Numbered from the stretch's first letter, positions 49,887 to 58,600 are shown. The stretch: 64,000 bases of DNA from Candidatus Bathyarchaeia archaeon (GCA_050013255.1 JBEKFP010000001.1:800001-864000), one strand, 5' to 3'. A program made the numbers and translations. Notes: generated from the letters alone by a model not told the origin.

Positions 49887-50537
49887 ATGCTTTCGAAGAG
49901 CGACGTCGAAAGAATCCAAGCCGAGTTGCTTTCCTACGATAAGGCGAGAGAAAAACTTCAAACATTAACTCGAAACGCGACGAGGCTATGCAGTTGGGCG
50001 ATAGTTCAAGTCCATCGCGGAAAGCTCGGTGAAGCCACCAAAACCCTCAACGAAGCAAAACGCTCACTCGACGAACTCCAAAACCTCCTCACAGCCCACA
50101 CTGAACTACCGCAGTTCGGGCAAGTTCTCGTGGCCTTCCAAGAGTATGCGGAAGCCAAGCTTCTCTTTCATTTGAAAAAGAACGGCACCATAGCCTCCAT
50201 GCACGAAGTTGGGACTAGCAGCACAGCCTACCTTCTTGGCATGTTAGATTTCCTCGGCGAAATGCGGCGAATGATCCTAGACGCGCTCAGGCACGGGAAC
50301 GCGGACCTAGCGCAGAACCTACTCACGAAAATGGAGGGTTTATACGAGGAACTCATGTCCCTCGACCGAACATCCATCCTCCCGAACTTTCGAAGAAAAC
50401 TCGACGCGTCCCGCAGGATATTGGAGGCTACACGCGGCGATGTCGCGACTGACCTGCGGCGGATTTCCTTGGAAAAGGCACTGCGCAACGTAGAACGCAA
50501 GCTTGCTTCTGGTGGCAAGGCCACCAAACGCGGTTGA
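49887..50537 (+). CDS. Translin family protein
   Basis: DKARE, QEYAEA, YLLGMLDFLGEMRR, RRKLD. Confidence 0.9.
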   Translation: MLSKSDVERIQAELLSYDKAREKLQTLTRNATRLCSWAIVQVHRGKLGEATKTLNEAKRSLDELQNLLTAHTELPQFGQVLVAFQEYAEAKLLFHLKKNGTIASMHEVGTSSTAYLLGMLDFLGEMRRMILDALRHGNADLAQNLLTKMEGLYEELMSLDRTSILPNFRRKLDASRRILEATRGDVATDLRRISLEKALRNVERKLASGGKATKRG

Positions 50538-50538
50538 A

Positions 50539-51201
50539 ATGCCAGTTCGTATTTCAAACAGAATCTCTCCCCGCGCAGCCATCGCCCTTCAGAAGAAACT
50601 CGCGCCACTCGTCAGCGAGGCCAGCGACCTCCCGGAGAGAGTTACCCGCTTGGTGGGTTGTGATGCCGCCTATTTCAATGGAACGACCGTGTCGGCGGCT
50701 ACCCTGGTTGACTACGATGGCCTAGAACTTCTCGCAACCAAATCCCTCAAAGAACGGACCAGGTTCCCCTACATTCCAGGTCTGCTAGCGTTTAGGGAGG
50801 GGCCGGCTGTCCTACGGGCGATTCGCGCGTTGAGGGCTAAGTCGTACGTTTGTCTGGTTGACGCGCATGGGTTAGCTCATCCCCGAAAATTCGGTTTAGC
50901 CTGCCTTGTGGGCGTGGCTTTGAACCGGCCTACGATTGGTGTGGCGAAGAGCCTGCTTTATGGTTGGGTTCAGGGTAGGGAGGTGGTGGATAGGGATGGT
51001 TATCCTATTGCTCAGCTTGTACAATTACCCCAGAGTGGGAAAACAATCTATGTTAGTGTTGGACACAAAGTATCCCTAAAGGATGCTGTGGAAATTGTTA
51101 AGCACTGCCTCACACCTCGCGGCCCCGCACCCATCAACTTCGCCCACGATGAGGTGAGTAAGCAAAGATGGCACTTCAAGAAATCAAACCCAGCCTCCTG
51201 A
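50539..51201 (+). CDS. nfi: Endonuclease V
   Basis: GCDAAY, FPYIPGLLAFRE, VDAHGLAHPR, TIGVAKS, YVSVGH. Confidence 0.95.
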   Translation: MPVRISNRISPRAAIALQKKLAPLVSEASDLPERVTRLVGCDAAYFNGTTVSAATLVDYDGLELLATKSLKERTRFPYIPGLLAFREGPAVLRAIRALRAKSYVCLVDAHGLAHPRKFGLACLVGVALNRPTIGVAKSLLYGWVQGREVVDRDGYPIAQLVQLPQSGKTIYVSVGHKVSLKDAVEIVKHCLTPRGPAPINFAHDEVSKQRWHFKKSNPAS

Positions 51202-51872
51202 TTACGCTCTACAAGCTGATTGAGGTGGGCGCTTACCCGGACGAAGTCATATTCACGACAACGGAGCTGGCAAAACTTCTTGGCGCGTCCCAGCAAACAG
51301 CCTCCCGGCATTTGATTGAGCTTGAAAAGATGGGGTTGATTCACCGCGTCCGACTGGGCAGGCGGGAATCGATTAAGATTACTGCTGGCGGCGTAAAACA
51401 TCTCGACAATATGTTCCTCACCTTGAAACGGGCTTTCGAGATGAAGAAAACCGAAATCGTATTCGAAGGCGTCGTTTTTTCCGGTTTAGGCGAAGGAGCC
51501 TATTACATGAACCAGGAAGGTTATGTGAAACAGTTCATAGAGAAGCTGGGTTTTGAACCATACCCTGGAACGCTGAACCTTCGAGTGCGGAAAGAGGACC
51601 AAGAAGAGGTGCGTATGCTTGAGGCTTCACCATTCGTACTCATTGAAGGTTTCACCGACGGGAAGCGCAGTTTCGGTCCAGCAAAATGTTTCCACGGAAA
51701 AGCCGCCGACAAAATAGATTGCGCGCTAATCTCCCCCGTTAGAACCCATTATTCAGGCGATGTGGTTGAACTCATCGCACCCGAATACTTGCGAAAGGCA
51801 TTGCACGTAAAAGACGGCGACCCAGTCAAAATCAGGGCGTTTACCTCAGTTCCGCGAACAGCTTCTACCTGA
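51168..51872 (+). CDS. ribK: CTP-dependent riboflavin kinase with an N-terminal winged HTH
   Basis: SQQTASR HTH; SGLGEGAYY, PYPGTLN, RTHY. Confidence 0.95.
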   Translation: MALQEIKPSLLITLYKLIEVGAYPDEVIFTTTELAKLLGASQQTASRHLIELEKMGLIHRVRLGRRESIKITAGGVKHLDNMFLTLKRAFEMKKTEIVFEGVVFSGLGEGAYYMNQEGYVKQFIEKLGFEPYPGTLNLRVRKEDQEEVRMLEASPFVLIEGFTDGKRSFGPAKCFHGKAADKIDCALISPVRTHYSGDVVELIAPEYLRKALHVKDGDPVKIRAFTSVPRTAST

Positions 51873-51991
51873 CTTCAACGTACTCTTATTGGAAACGATG
51901 GACCTCTTCGAACCCGAATGTATTGGCCAGCATACACATTCGATGAGTAAATGTCATCACCCGTACACCATAGGCGCTAAGGTTGAACGTC

Positions 51992-52069
51992 AAGGCATTG
52001 CGTGCACAGGATGGGGACATGGTCAAGGTCAGCGCGTTTACGTCAGTCCCTAAGAGATTTGCTAGCTGA
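51992..52069 (+). pseudogene. Diverged duplicate of the ribK 3' end
   Basis: KALRAQDGDMVKVSAFTSVPKRFAS* versus KALHVKDGDPVKIRAFTSVPRTAST*; same length, 14/25 identical. Confidence 0.8.
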
Positions 52070-52215
52070 GCTCAATTCGTGAAGAGATTCCTCTTAGGCG
52101 GCGAATGTATTCACCGGGATACACATTCAAGGGATTTTTGGCGGACAGCCCAACACGCTAAGAGGTTATTGTGTCCAGAATCAGGCTAGAGTCGATTGAA
52201 GCCGACAAGCTCTTA

Positions 52216-52848
52216 CTACCGAAGTTCTTCAGACAGCTTCCTTCTGAGCGATGTTGAACTCGCATATTTCTCGTGGTCGAACTTGGAAAGTTTCACTATC
52301 TGAACTTTCAGGTTGCGCTTTTCAATGATCTCGCGTACTGTCTTCTCCAGGTTTTCCTGGTCATACCCGAAGGCAACTATGTCTGGCATGACCTCCGTCA
52401 AGACTTGCTCAAAACCGAACCCCACGTCCTCGTACCCTAAGATCGCCTTATCAACGGGCTTCAGGCCTTCGACCAGCGCCTGTCTATCCTTTTCCGGAAA
52501 CAGGGGTTTGCGGCCCTTCAACATCTCAACCGTAATGTCCGTCGCAACAACGGCGACCAACAGGTCGCCAAGGGACTTGGCTTCGTTAAGGGCCGCTAAG
52601 TGGCCCAGGTGAAGCACATCGTAAACACCACCAGCAAGAACTACCTTGATTTGGCCGCGGCCCTTCTCTGTCAACGAATAGCGGAGTTCGCCGTTGTTAT
52701 GCTTCGCCAAAGACCCTAGGATGAGGAGATCTTGAAGCTTAGTTGCATCAGCCGATGTTTCGAACTCTTCTTGGGTGAAGGGTCCATGCCTGAGCTGCAA
52801 GAGGTAGGCCATTTTGATGCACTCCTTCAGACTCTCTGAGTTCATCAT
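52216..52848 (-). CDS. ribL: FAD synthase with an N-terminal wHTH-like extension
   Basis: GGVYDVLHLGH, LKPVD, FGYDQ, SSTSLR; convergent with ribK. Confidence 0.85.
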   Translation of the reverse strand: MMNSESLKECIKMAYLLQLRHGPFTQEEFETSADATKLQDLLILGSLAKHNNGELRYSLTEKGRGQIKVVLAGGVYDVLHLGHLAALNEAKSLGDLLVAVVATDITVEMLKGRKPLFPEKDRQALVEGLKPVDKAILGYEDVGFGFEQVLTEVMPDIVAFGYDQENLEKTVREIIEKRNLKVQIVKLSKFDHEKYASSTSLRRKLSEELR

Positions 52849-52914
52849 GTCACAGCCGCCACGAGTATCTTCACGGTTGAAACAAACCCTTGACTAAAGG
52901 GCTTATTGGGTTTC

Positions 52915-53187
52915 TTAGTCAATTGTCTTGGTGAGGTTTAGGAATTTCAATGCGTCGAGTAGGCCTTCAGCATATGCGATTGATGCCAGAGATGTTGTAG
53001 GTTTACCGTTGTCGAAGTAGAATCGTGCGTCCTGCAAGTAGCGATGTATGGCGTCTGAGACCTTCATGATGCTAGCTTCTCCGACCATCTTGCTTTCTTT
53101 CAGTGGGCTATGTTGCCGGAGAGCCTTCTCTAGGGTTGTGATGTATCTGAGTGCGCGTTCCGAAGGGTCTTCGCTCATGTTGCTCAT
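52915..53187 (-). CDS. DUF357 protein
   Basis: YLQDARFY...SLASIAYAEGLLDAL. Confidence 0.88.
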   Translation of the reverse strand: MSNMSEDPSERALRYITTLEKALRQHSPLKESKMVGEASIMKVSDAIHRYLQDARFYFDNGKPTTSLASIAYAEGLLDALKFLNLTKTID

Positions 53188-54011
53188 GCTTTTCCAGCCA
53201 CCAGTTCTTTGCGAGCGCCGCAGAAAAGTTCGAGGGCTTCTACTTCAACAAAATGGAGTTGACCTGGGAATATGATGGCATACGGTGGCTGCCCGAAGTC
53301 GATCTGGATTAGTTCTGAGACGGTGCCGGCCTTGACCTGCATGTCTGGTGCTTCGAGACGGGACATTCCCACAACCAACGTTTCAGGTACTATTGCGGTT
53401 TCTGATTTTCGCTTTGAGACGGCGAGGAGTTGTTTCAAGCCTTCGGGGATGCTTATGTGGCGCTTGTTTTCAACATCCACTTCCAAGAGTACAAGCGAAT
53501 GAAGCCCTGAAGATAAGTTGCGTCTTATGGCTAGGTAGACGCTTTCAGGAAATTCCCCCTGCCAAGAAGCAGGGATTGTTGCAGTTCTCCCAAACTTGTA
53601 CGATTGCAACCCTGTTACACCTGCCGCCGCTGACCCAACCGACGCCGCGTTGATTACGCTGGTTCGAATCCCAGCCTTGTGGACGCGTAGCCGGAGGTCT
53701 ACATGTGTGGTCGCAATCATAGGGTCCCCTGGAACCAGGAACCCAACCTTTTCAGCTTTAGCCCTGGGCAGTATCACCTGCTCGGCCCTTTCTTCAACCT
53801 CAAGGCGCGAGAGTACCTGCACAGGTTTGCCAACGATCTTCTTCAGGTTCTCTAGGTTTAGGCCAGGCATTACACTGGTATAGAATTCCGCAAAGAGATG
53901 GGCGCACGATTTCGCCTCCGATTGGCCTCGAAGTGACATGCCATATTCGTCATGAAGCCCCAAACCGATGAAGACTAACTCCGCCAACACAAACCCCTCT
54001 GAGCTGGTCAT
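53184..54011 (-). CDS. dph5: Diphthine synthase (start 54011 or TTG 53987)
   Basis: FIGLGL, EFYTS, GDPMIATTH, GLQSYKFG, PGQLHFVE. Confidence 0.95.
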   Translation of the reverse strand: MTSSEGFVLAELVFIGLGLHDEYGMSLRGQSEAKSCAHLFAEFYTSVMPGLNLENLKKIVGKPVQVLSRLEVEERAEQVILPRAKAEKVGFLVPGDPMIATTHVDLRLRVHKAGIRTSVINAASVGSAAAGVTGLQSYKFGRTATIPASWQGEFPESVYLAIRRNLSSGLHSLVLLEVDVENKRHISIPEGLKQLLAVSKRKSETAIVPETLVVGMSRLEAPDMQVKAGTVSELIQIDFGQPPYAIIFPGQLHFVEVEALELFCGARKELVAGKA

Positions 54012-54023
54012 TATGCGAACGAG

Positions 54024-55281
54024 GGCACTGTTAACTTGTCGGCCTCATTGCTTTCAGCGACCTCTCATGCCTAAAAGAGGATGAAAGTTTAGGCTAAGTT
54101 ATGCGGGCTGTCAAGACAGTTCAACAACACTACAAACTCAACCCTGAGATTCTACGAATGCTTGACGAGTTCCGCCAGATGATGAACACCTGCACACGGA
54201 TCGGTTTGGCTGAGAATGTTACGAGCCTCAAGGCTTTGTCCCTGAAAGCATACAGGCAACTCGCAACCTACGACGCGATGAGCTACTACAAGTTATGCGC
54301 CATCAGCAGTGCGACCGGCATCCTGCGAAATTATCGGAGGACCGCTCGACATGGAGAGAATCCAACAACCCCTTATGTTCGGCGTTTGAGGTTGACCACA
54401 TGCTACGGATTCAAAATTAAGGATGGCTGCTTGCTGCTCCCGTATCATCCCAGGAAAGCAATCGGAATCCCTCTAACACCCCATGTTCAAGCAACCATTC
54501 GAAAGCACCCGGTTCGTTCGGTCACGTTGACCAAGGATAAGTTATCGCTGACATATGCGAAGCAGGTCGCGGAGGTCAAGCCGAATGGCTTCATCGGCAT
54601 CGATAGGAACCTAAACAATGTCACGTTGGCCGGCACGGACGGTTCGATCATGAAACATGACCTCTCCGACGCGACGCGGGTAAAGGCTACTTACCGTCAG
54701 GTTCGCTCCCGTATGAGGAGGAACGATGTACGCATCCGCCGCGAAATCACGGGCAAGTATGGCTGGAAGCAACAGGAGAAGGTGAATCGAATTCTCCATC
54801 AAGCATCCAAAATGATCGTGCAACAAGCCAAGCAGGGGGGCTTCGGCATCGTGATGGAGCAGCTCACGGGCCTTCGGAAGCTGTATCAACGTGGAAACGG
54901 CCAAGGAGGATGGTATCGCGGCCGGATGAACTCTTGGTCGTATGCGGAGTTACAACGTCAAATCGAGTATAAAGCCCGCTGGGAAGGTTTACCGGTTATC
55001 TATGTTCATCCGCATGGGACAACAGCGAAGTGTTCGATATGTGGGTCTCGCATGGCGAGAATACCCGAAGAGAACCGAACGCTGAAATGTCCGTCGTGCC
55101 GGGTGAGCGTAGACCGCGACGTAAATGCCGCCAGAAACATTCTGGAGAGAGGCGTGAGGTTCGCGCCAATCGCGCTTCCAGTTGAAGCGATGGTACAGGA
55201 ACCCTCCAGCAAGGTAATCCTGAAAGTCGATGGAAGCGAGTTAACGAGTTGAAGCCCATGAGCCAACAAGTTAACAGAACC
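54024..55281 (+). mobile_element. 1258-bp non-autonomous element with IS6-like TIRs and an 8-bp TSD, carrying only tnpB
   Basis: Left end GGCACTGTTAACTTGTCGGC versus reverse-complemented right end GGTTCTGTTAACTTGTTGGC (17/20); flanks CGAACGAG (54016-54023) and CGAACAAG (55282-55289). Confidence 0.8.
54101..55252 (+). CDS. tnpB: TnpB/Cas12f-like RNA-guided endonuclease, catalytic residues intact
   Basis: RuvC-I GIDRN, RuvC-II VMEQL, Zn finger CSIC...CPSC, RuvC-III DRDVNAARNI. Confidence 0.95.
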   Translation: MRAVKTVQQHYKLNPEILRMLDEFRQMMNTCTRIGLAENVTSLKALSLKAYRQLATYDAMSYYKLCAISSATGILRNYRRTARHGENPTTPYVRRLRLTTCYGFKIKDGCLLLPYHPRKAIGIPLTPHVQATIRKHPVRSVTLTKDKLSLTYAKQVAEVKPNGFIGIDRNLNNVTLAGTDGSIMKHDLSDATRVKATYRQVRSRMRRNDVRIRREITGKYGWKQQEKVNRILHQASKMIVQQAKQGGFGIVMEQLTGLRKLYQRGNGQGGWYRGRMNSWSYAELQRQIEYKARWEGLPVIYVHPHGTTAKCSICGSRMARIPEENRTLKCPSCRVSVDRDVNAARNILERGVRFAPIALPVEAMVQEPSSKVILKVDGSELTS

Positions 55282-55289
55282 CGAACAAG

Positions 55290-55299
55290 GCTTTAATTC
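55290..55299 (+). promoter_or_regulatory. Probable TATA box of tRNA-Lys
   Basis: GCTTTAATTC about 30 nt upstream of the tRNA 5' end. Confidence 0.5.
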
Positions 55300-55327
55300 G
55301 TGGGGAAACTTTCTGAAGCTTCCGGGT

Positions 55328-55465
55328 GGGTCCGTAGCTCAGCCAGGTAGAGCGGCGGATTGGGCATGTGTTTGCCAGGCCGAAGCTCTTAACAGCCTGA
55401 GGGAGACCCGAAGGTCGAGAACCACAACAGTGGCCGACAAGGTTCAAATCCCTCCGGACCCGCCA
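55328..55465 (+). tRNA. tRNA-Lys(CUU) with three introns (30/31, 37/38, 51/52)
   Basis: Exons 55328-55358, 55385-55391, 55406-55419 and 55441-55465 splice to GGGTCCGTAGCTCAGCCAGGTAGAGCGGCGGGCTCTTAACCCGAAGGTCGAGGGTTCAAATCCCTCCGGACCCGCCA; each junction forms a BHB/BHL-like motif. Confidence 0.9.
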
Positions 55466-55498
55466 CTCCAACGGTTCCAGACCAGGGTCTGGCAAATA
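55457..55498 (+). repeat. att-like repeat copy 1 (tRNA 3' end plus palindromic arm)
   Basis: GACCCGCCACTCCAACGGTTCCAGACCAGGGTCTGGCAAATA. Confidence 0.85.
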
Positions 55499-55563
55499 TC
55501 GAAAAGGCAGCCTCTCAGACTAACGCCGTTTACATATGCAGTGTGCGTGCACCGCTATTAGTG

Positions 55564-55651
55564 GAGTTCAAATCTGAATGCCCGCACATTGTGTCCCCCA
55601 CAACTTCCAGAAAAGCTAGCAAGCTAAGAGTTCAATTTGTGATGCCCGCAC
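55564..55651 (+). repeat. Two 24-bp direct repeats resembling decayed tRNA 3' ends
   Basis: GAGTTCAAATCTGAATGCCCGCAC (55564) versus GAGTTCAATTTGTGATGCCCGCAC (55628), 19/24. Confidence 0.65.
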
Positions 55652-55716
55652 GGCTATACCACACACACAAAGTGTGACTATTACGGCCCTGTCTCGGTTT
55701 CAGGTGACTCACAACT

Positions 55717-57309
55717 TCAGAATATCTTGAAAAGGCCTCCAAGATCCCCATGGTTGTCCAAGTACTGGAACAGAGCTGCTACTCGAGGGATGATCAGAAC
55801 CTCGATTATTGTGGATACACCTGCCACGTATAGAACCAGCGAGTTCATGTTTTGGATGACCTCCTCCAAGCCGTGCCACTCGGATGCCCACTCAGACGAT
55901 CCGTATCCGGCCAAGATTACAAGACCTACGGTTCCCATCGCCAGTATCAAGTAGAACCACAAGACCTCATCTTTGATTTTCTCGGCGAGGATCTTGAGAT
56001 AACTATTGAGTTTCAGATGTGTTCCGGTTCGCAATACTAAGAGCCAATACGCCGCAAGGAATAGTATTGAGGGCAACAAGTAGGAGAACGCTGACGAAGC
56101 GGCCTCTTTGCCGAGGAAAATCGAAGCCAACTCAGGTGCTGTGAAATACACCGCGAACATGCCTCCTCGCAACAATGCAAAGTAAGTTACGAACGTTAGA
56201 ACCGACTGCCTTTTCACAAACGCCCTGTATCTTGTAGGGTTCTCGCGCCAATCCTCGAGAATTTGAGGGATTTTGACCATGCAGATTACGTAGGTTATCG
56301 CGATTGTGCAAGCAACTGGGAACATGGCCACTTTTGGATCGATCCTGATTGGGCTGGTCATCGCGATCAGGAGGAAGAATCCCGGCAATAGTAGCCAGAC
56401 GTCCGGAAGCATCGCAAAGAAGACCATTTCGACGAAACGCTCCGTGTATTCCTTCTCGAGTATTCTGGCCATGCTGAGCGCAAGGACGATTACGAAAATA
56501 CCGTTAACCAGTATGAAGCTGACGCCGAAAAGCGCGATGTATCCAAACATTGTCCCGTTCACACCGGTAATCAGCTCTACCGGAACAGATTGGGCGACTA
56601 TCCATGCCCCTACAAGAGCAAGTGTGGCCCGCATTTCGAGAATGGAAACGTGTTTCTTGGAAAGCACCGATAGAAGATGAGCCAGGAAAATCAAGGGCAT
56701 TAGATGATAGAGAATCGAGAATGACATCACCATCTGTGGCGGCGTGCCCAGTTGGTATTCATTAGGCCCGGAATTCACGGTAAGTCTAGGGAATGATAGC
56801 CACAAGATCCCTGTCGTGATTGGTTTCCAAGTTTCTTTGATGAACAACGATTCTCCAGGCATCAGCGTAGCGTTAATGCCAGTGTAGCTCGAGGAAGGTA
56901 GTGGTGATGGGAAACGGCTCCCAACCGCAGGTCCTAGATACGTCAGCGGCTCTCCGCCGACGGTTATCAGCAGGGACGCTTCTGGGTTGTCTACCCCAGC
57001 CCCTGATGGGTTCAATGCCATATGAACGATCGTGGGTGCGGATCCCCGATTGGTCACATTAACGCGGAATGATACGGGTGTTCCGAGTTCAATGATAACG
57101 ACGGGTGAATAATCGCAGTAGTACTCCACTTTCGCTCCTTGAGACAGGTCGTGAAGACGCACCGTGGTTCCGGTATTAGCGTCCGCACGGACCTCAATGG
57201 TTACTGTGAGAAATGCGGCAATCACGATCGCTATCACTACGAAGGTCAGCCATTGATGGCGTCTATCTACGGACGTGGCGGCAGGCGAGGTTGTCACTGT
57301 TTGAGCCAT
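55717..57309 (-). CDS. Polytopic membrane protein with an N-terminal extracellular Ig-like domain
   Basis: N-terminal TM, beta-rich segment (FRVNVTNRG, LMPGES), then about nine TM segments. Confidence 0.8.
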   Translation of the reverse strand: MAQTVTTSPAATSVDRRHQWLTFVVIAIVIAAFLTVTIEVRADANTGTTVRLHDLSQGAKVEYYCDYSPVVIIELGTPVSFRVNVTNRGSAPTIVHMALNPSGAGVDNPEASLLITVGGEPLTYLGPAVGSRFPSPLPSSSYTGINATLMPGESLFIKETWKPITTGILWLSFPRLTVNSGPNEYQLGTPPQMVMSFSILYHLMPLIFLAHLLSVLSKKHVSILEMRATLALVGAWIVAQSVPVELITGVNGTMFGYIALFGVSFILVNGIFVIVLALSMARILEKEYTERFVEMVFFAMLPDVWLLLPGFFLLIAMTSPIRIDPKVAMFPVACTIAITYVICMVKIPQILEDWRENPTRYRAFVKRQSVLTFVTYFALLRGGMFAVYFTAPELASIFLGKEAASSAFSYLLPSILFLAAYWLLVLRTGTHLKLNSYLKILAEKIKDEVLWFYLILAMGTVGLVILAGYGSSEWASEWHGLEEVIQNMNSLVLYVAGVSTIIEVLIIPRVAALFQYLDNHGDLGGLFKIF

Positions 57310-57395
57310 CCCAGGTGCTCAGGATTGTTGCACAATCTGTAGGCTTGCTCCATAGACCTCTGGCTCCCGGTGTTGCTGCGTTACGCGCTCCTTAT

Positions 57396-57536
57396 TCAGA
57401 GAACCAGTAAAGCCAGGATCCTTTGCAGTTTTGCTACGCGCGATTTTTTGTAGCTGCCCATTGTTAACAGGAGGTCTAGCTCATCAAACCGTGATTCCGA
57501 ATCAACTTGCCTGGATCTCAACTCCTTCACGTCCAT
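57396..57536 (-). CDS. 46-aa microprotein (not in the ORF track)
   Basis: MDVKELRSRQVDSESRFDELDLLLTMGSYKKSRVAKLQRILALLVL; AGGAGGT just upstream. Confidence 0.45.
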   Translation of the reverse strand: MDVKELRSRQVDSESRFDELDLLLTMGSYKKSRVAKLQRILALLVL

Positions 57537-57763
57537 CTACCTCCTGTTAGCAAGGTTCCGCCTTGGCTAAGAAGGGGCTCTGAGACAAGAAGCCGATTAC
57601 AAAACAGTCTCAGATTCTATGAGAGGCAACGATCTCACTGAATCATCTGACTGACTTGGCAGAGATTCAACCGCGAGTCGCAATGAAAGAAGTTATTTAC
57701 GAAAAAGACAGACTCCTATAACATAGACGGGCTTCACATAATGACGGGCCGGTAGCATACTGC

Positions 57764-58600
57764 TTGACCAATCATACTTCGCTGACCATGGAAGACGAAG
57801 TTGAGCTGTACCGTTGGCTTTGCAAATACTTCAAGTTGACAGAGATTCAGTGCCTCACAATCATGTTAGTTTTAGCGAAATCAAGCAGGAATGTGTATCA
57901 GGTCCACCAAGACTTGAAGGAAGCTATGGAACTAGGAGATAAAGGAGCTGGGGCGTTGATCCTCAAACTTGGCGGCAAAATACCAAAAGAGCCCCCAGTC
58001 TATGCTTCGGTACACAACTGGCTCACTGGTCCTTTTGTTCGCTACGGTTTTGTCTCCATTGAGAAGCAGGTCTCGAAGAAGGAAGTAGCGATCGGCTACC
58101 GTGACATAGTCCAACCCTCCAACGGGATTTCTTCGCTTGTTCAATCATACGAAAGAAGTCACAAGTTGCAGGAAGGGGCGGACACACTTTGCCATGCGAT
58201 TGTGACGGACAAAGAAATACCGCGAGTTTTCTTAGCCCAAAATCCGAGCCACCCCATTGAATTTAAGAAAACGCTGTATCAGATGCCCATGAGGTATTGG
58301 GCCAAGGGAGACGGGAAACTGGTGTACCAATTCGAACAACAAGCTGCTGAAGCAGCTGTTGAAGAGGTGAGTGAGGGGCGCATAAAGTGGAGCGCTTACC
58401 ACGAAATGGCAGGCAGCCCGCTGAAGCACATTTGGGCAAACGGAAGAATTACTGTTCATAGAGTATGGGCTGGGCTCGTTAAAGAAAAGAATCGATTGAA
58501 ACCGCACTCACCTTTCGCGGGACAGTGGTTTGACATGGATCAGGTGAAGACGAACCCGAAAATAGACCCGGAAGCAAGAGATTGGTTGTCCCGAATTTGA
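57764..58600 (+). CDS. Putative TrmB-like wHTH fused to a degenerate NUDIX domain
   Basis: N-terminus FKLTEIQCLTIMLVLAKSSRNVYQVHQDL; C-terminus CHAIVTD..RVFLAQ..YQMP..AAEAAVEEVSEG..QWFDMDQV. Confidence 0.55.
   Translation: MTNHTSLTMEDEVELYRWLCKYFKLTEIQCLTIMLVLAKSSRNVYQVHQDLKEAMELGDKGAGALILKLGGKIPKEPPVYASVHNWLTGPFVRYGFVSIEKQVSKKEVAIGYRDIVQPSNGISSLVQSYERSHKLQEGADTLCHAIVTDKEIPRVFLAQNPSHPIEFKKTLYQMPMRYWAKGDGKLVYQFEQQAAEAAVEEVSEGRIKWSAYHEMAGSPLKHIWANGRITVHRVWAGLVKEKNRLKPHSPFAGQWFDMDQVKTNPKIDPEARDWLSRI

Noticed and set aside
55271-55495. 74-aa minus-strand ORF (WRVRRDLN)
   Set aside because: Antisense shadow of the tRNA.
55282-55720. CRISPR array next to TnpB (Cas12f system)
   Set aside because: No regularly spaced repeats; only a tRNA and one pair of degenerate 24-mers.
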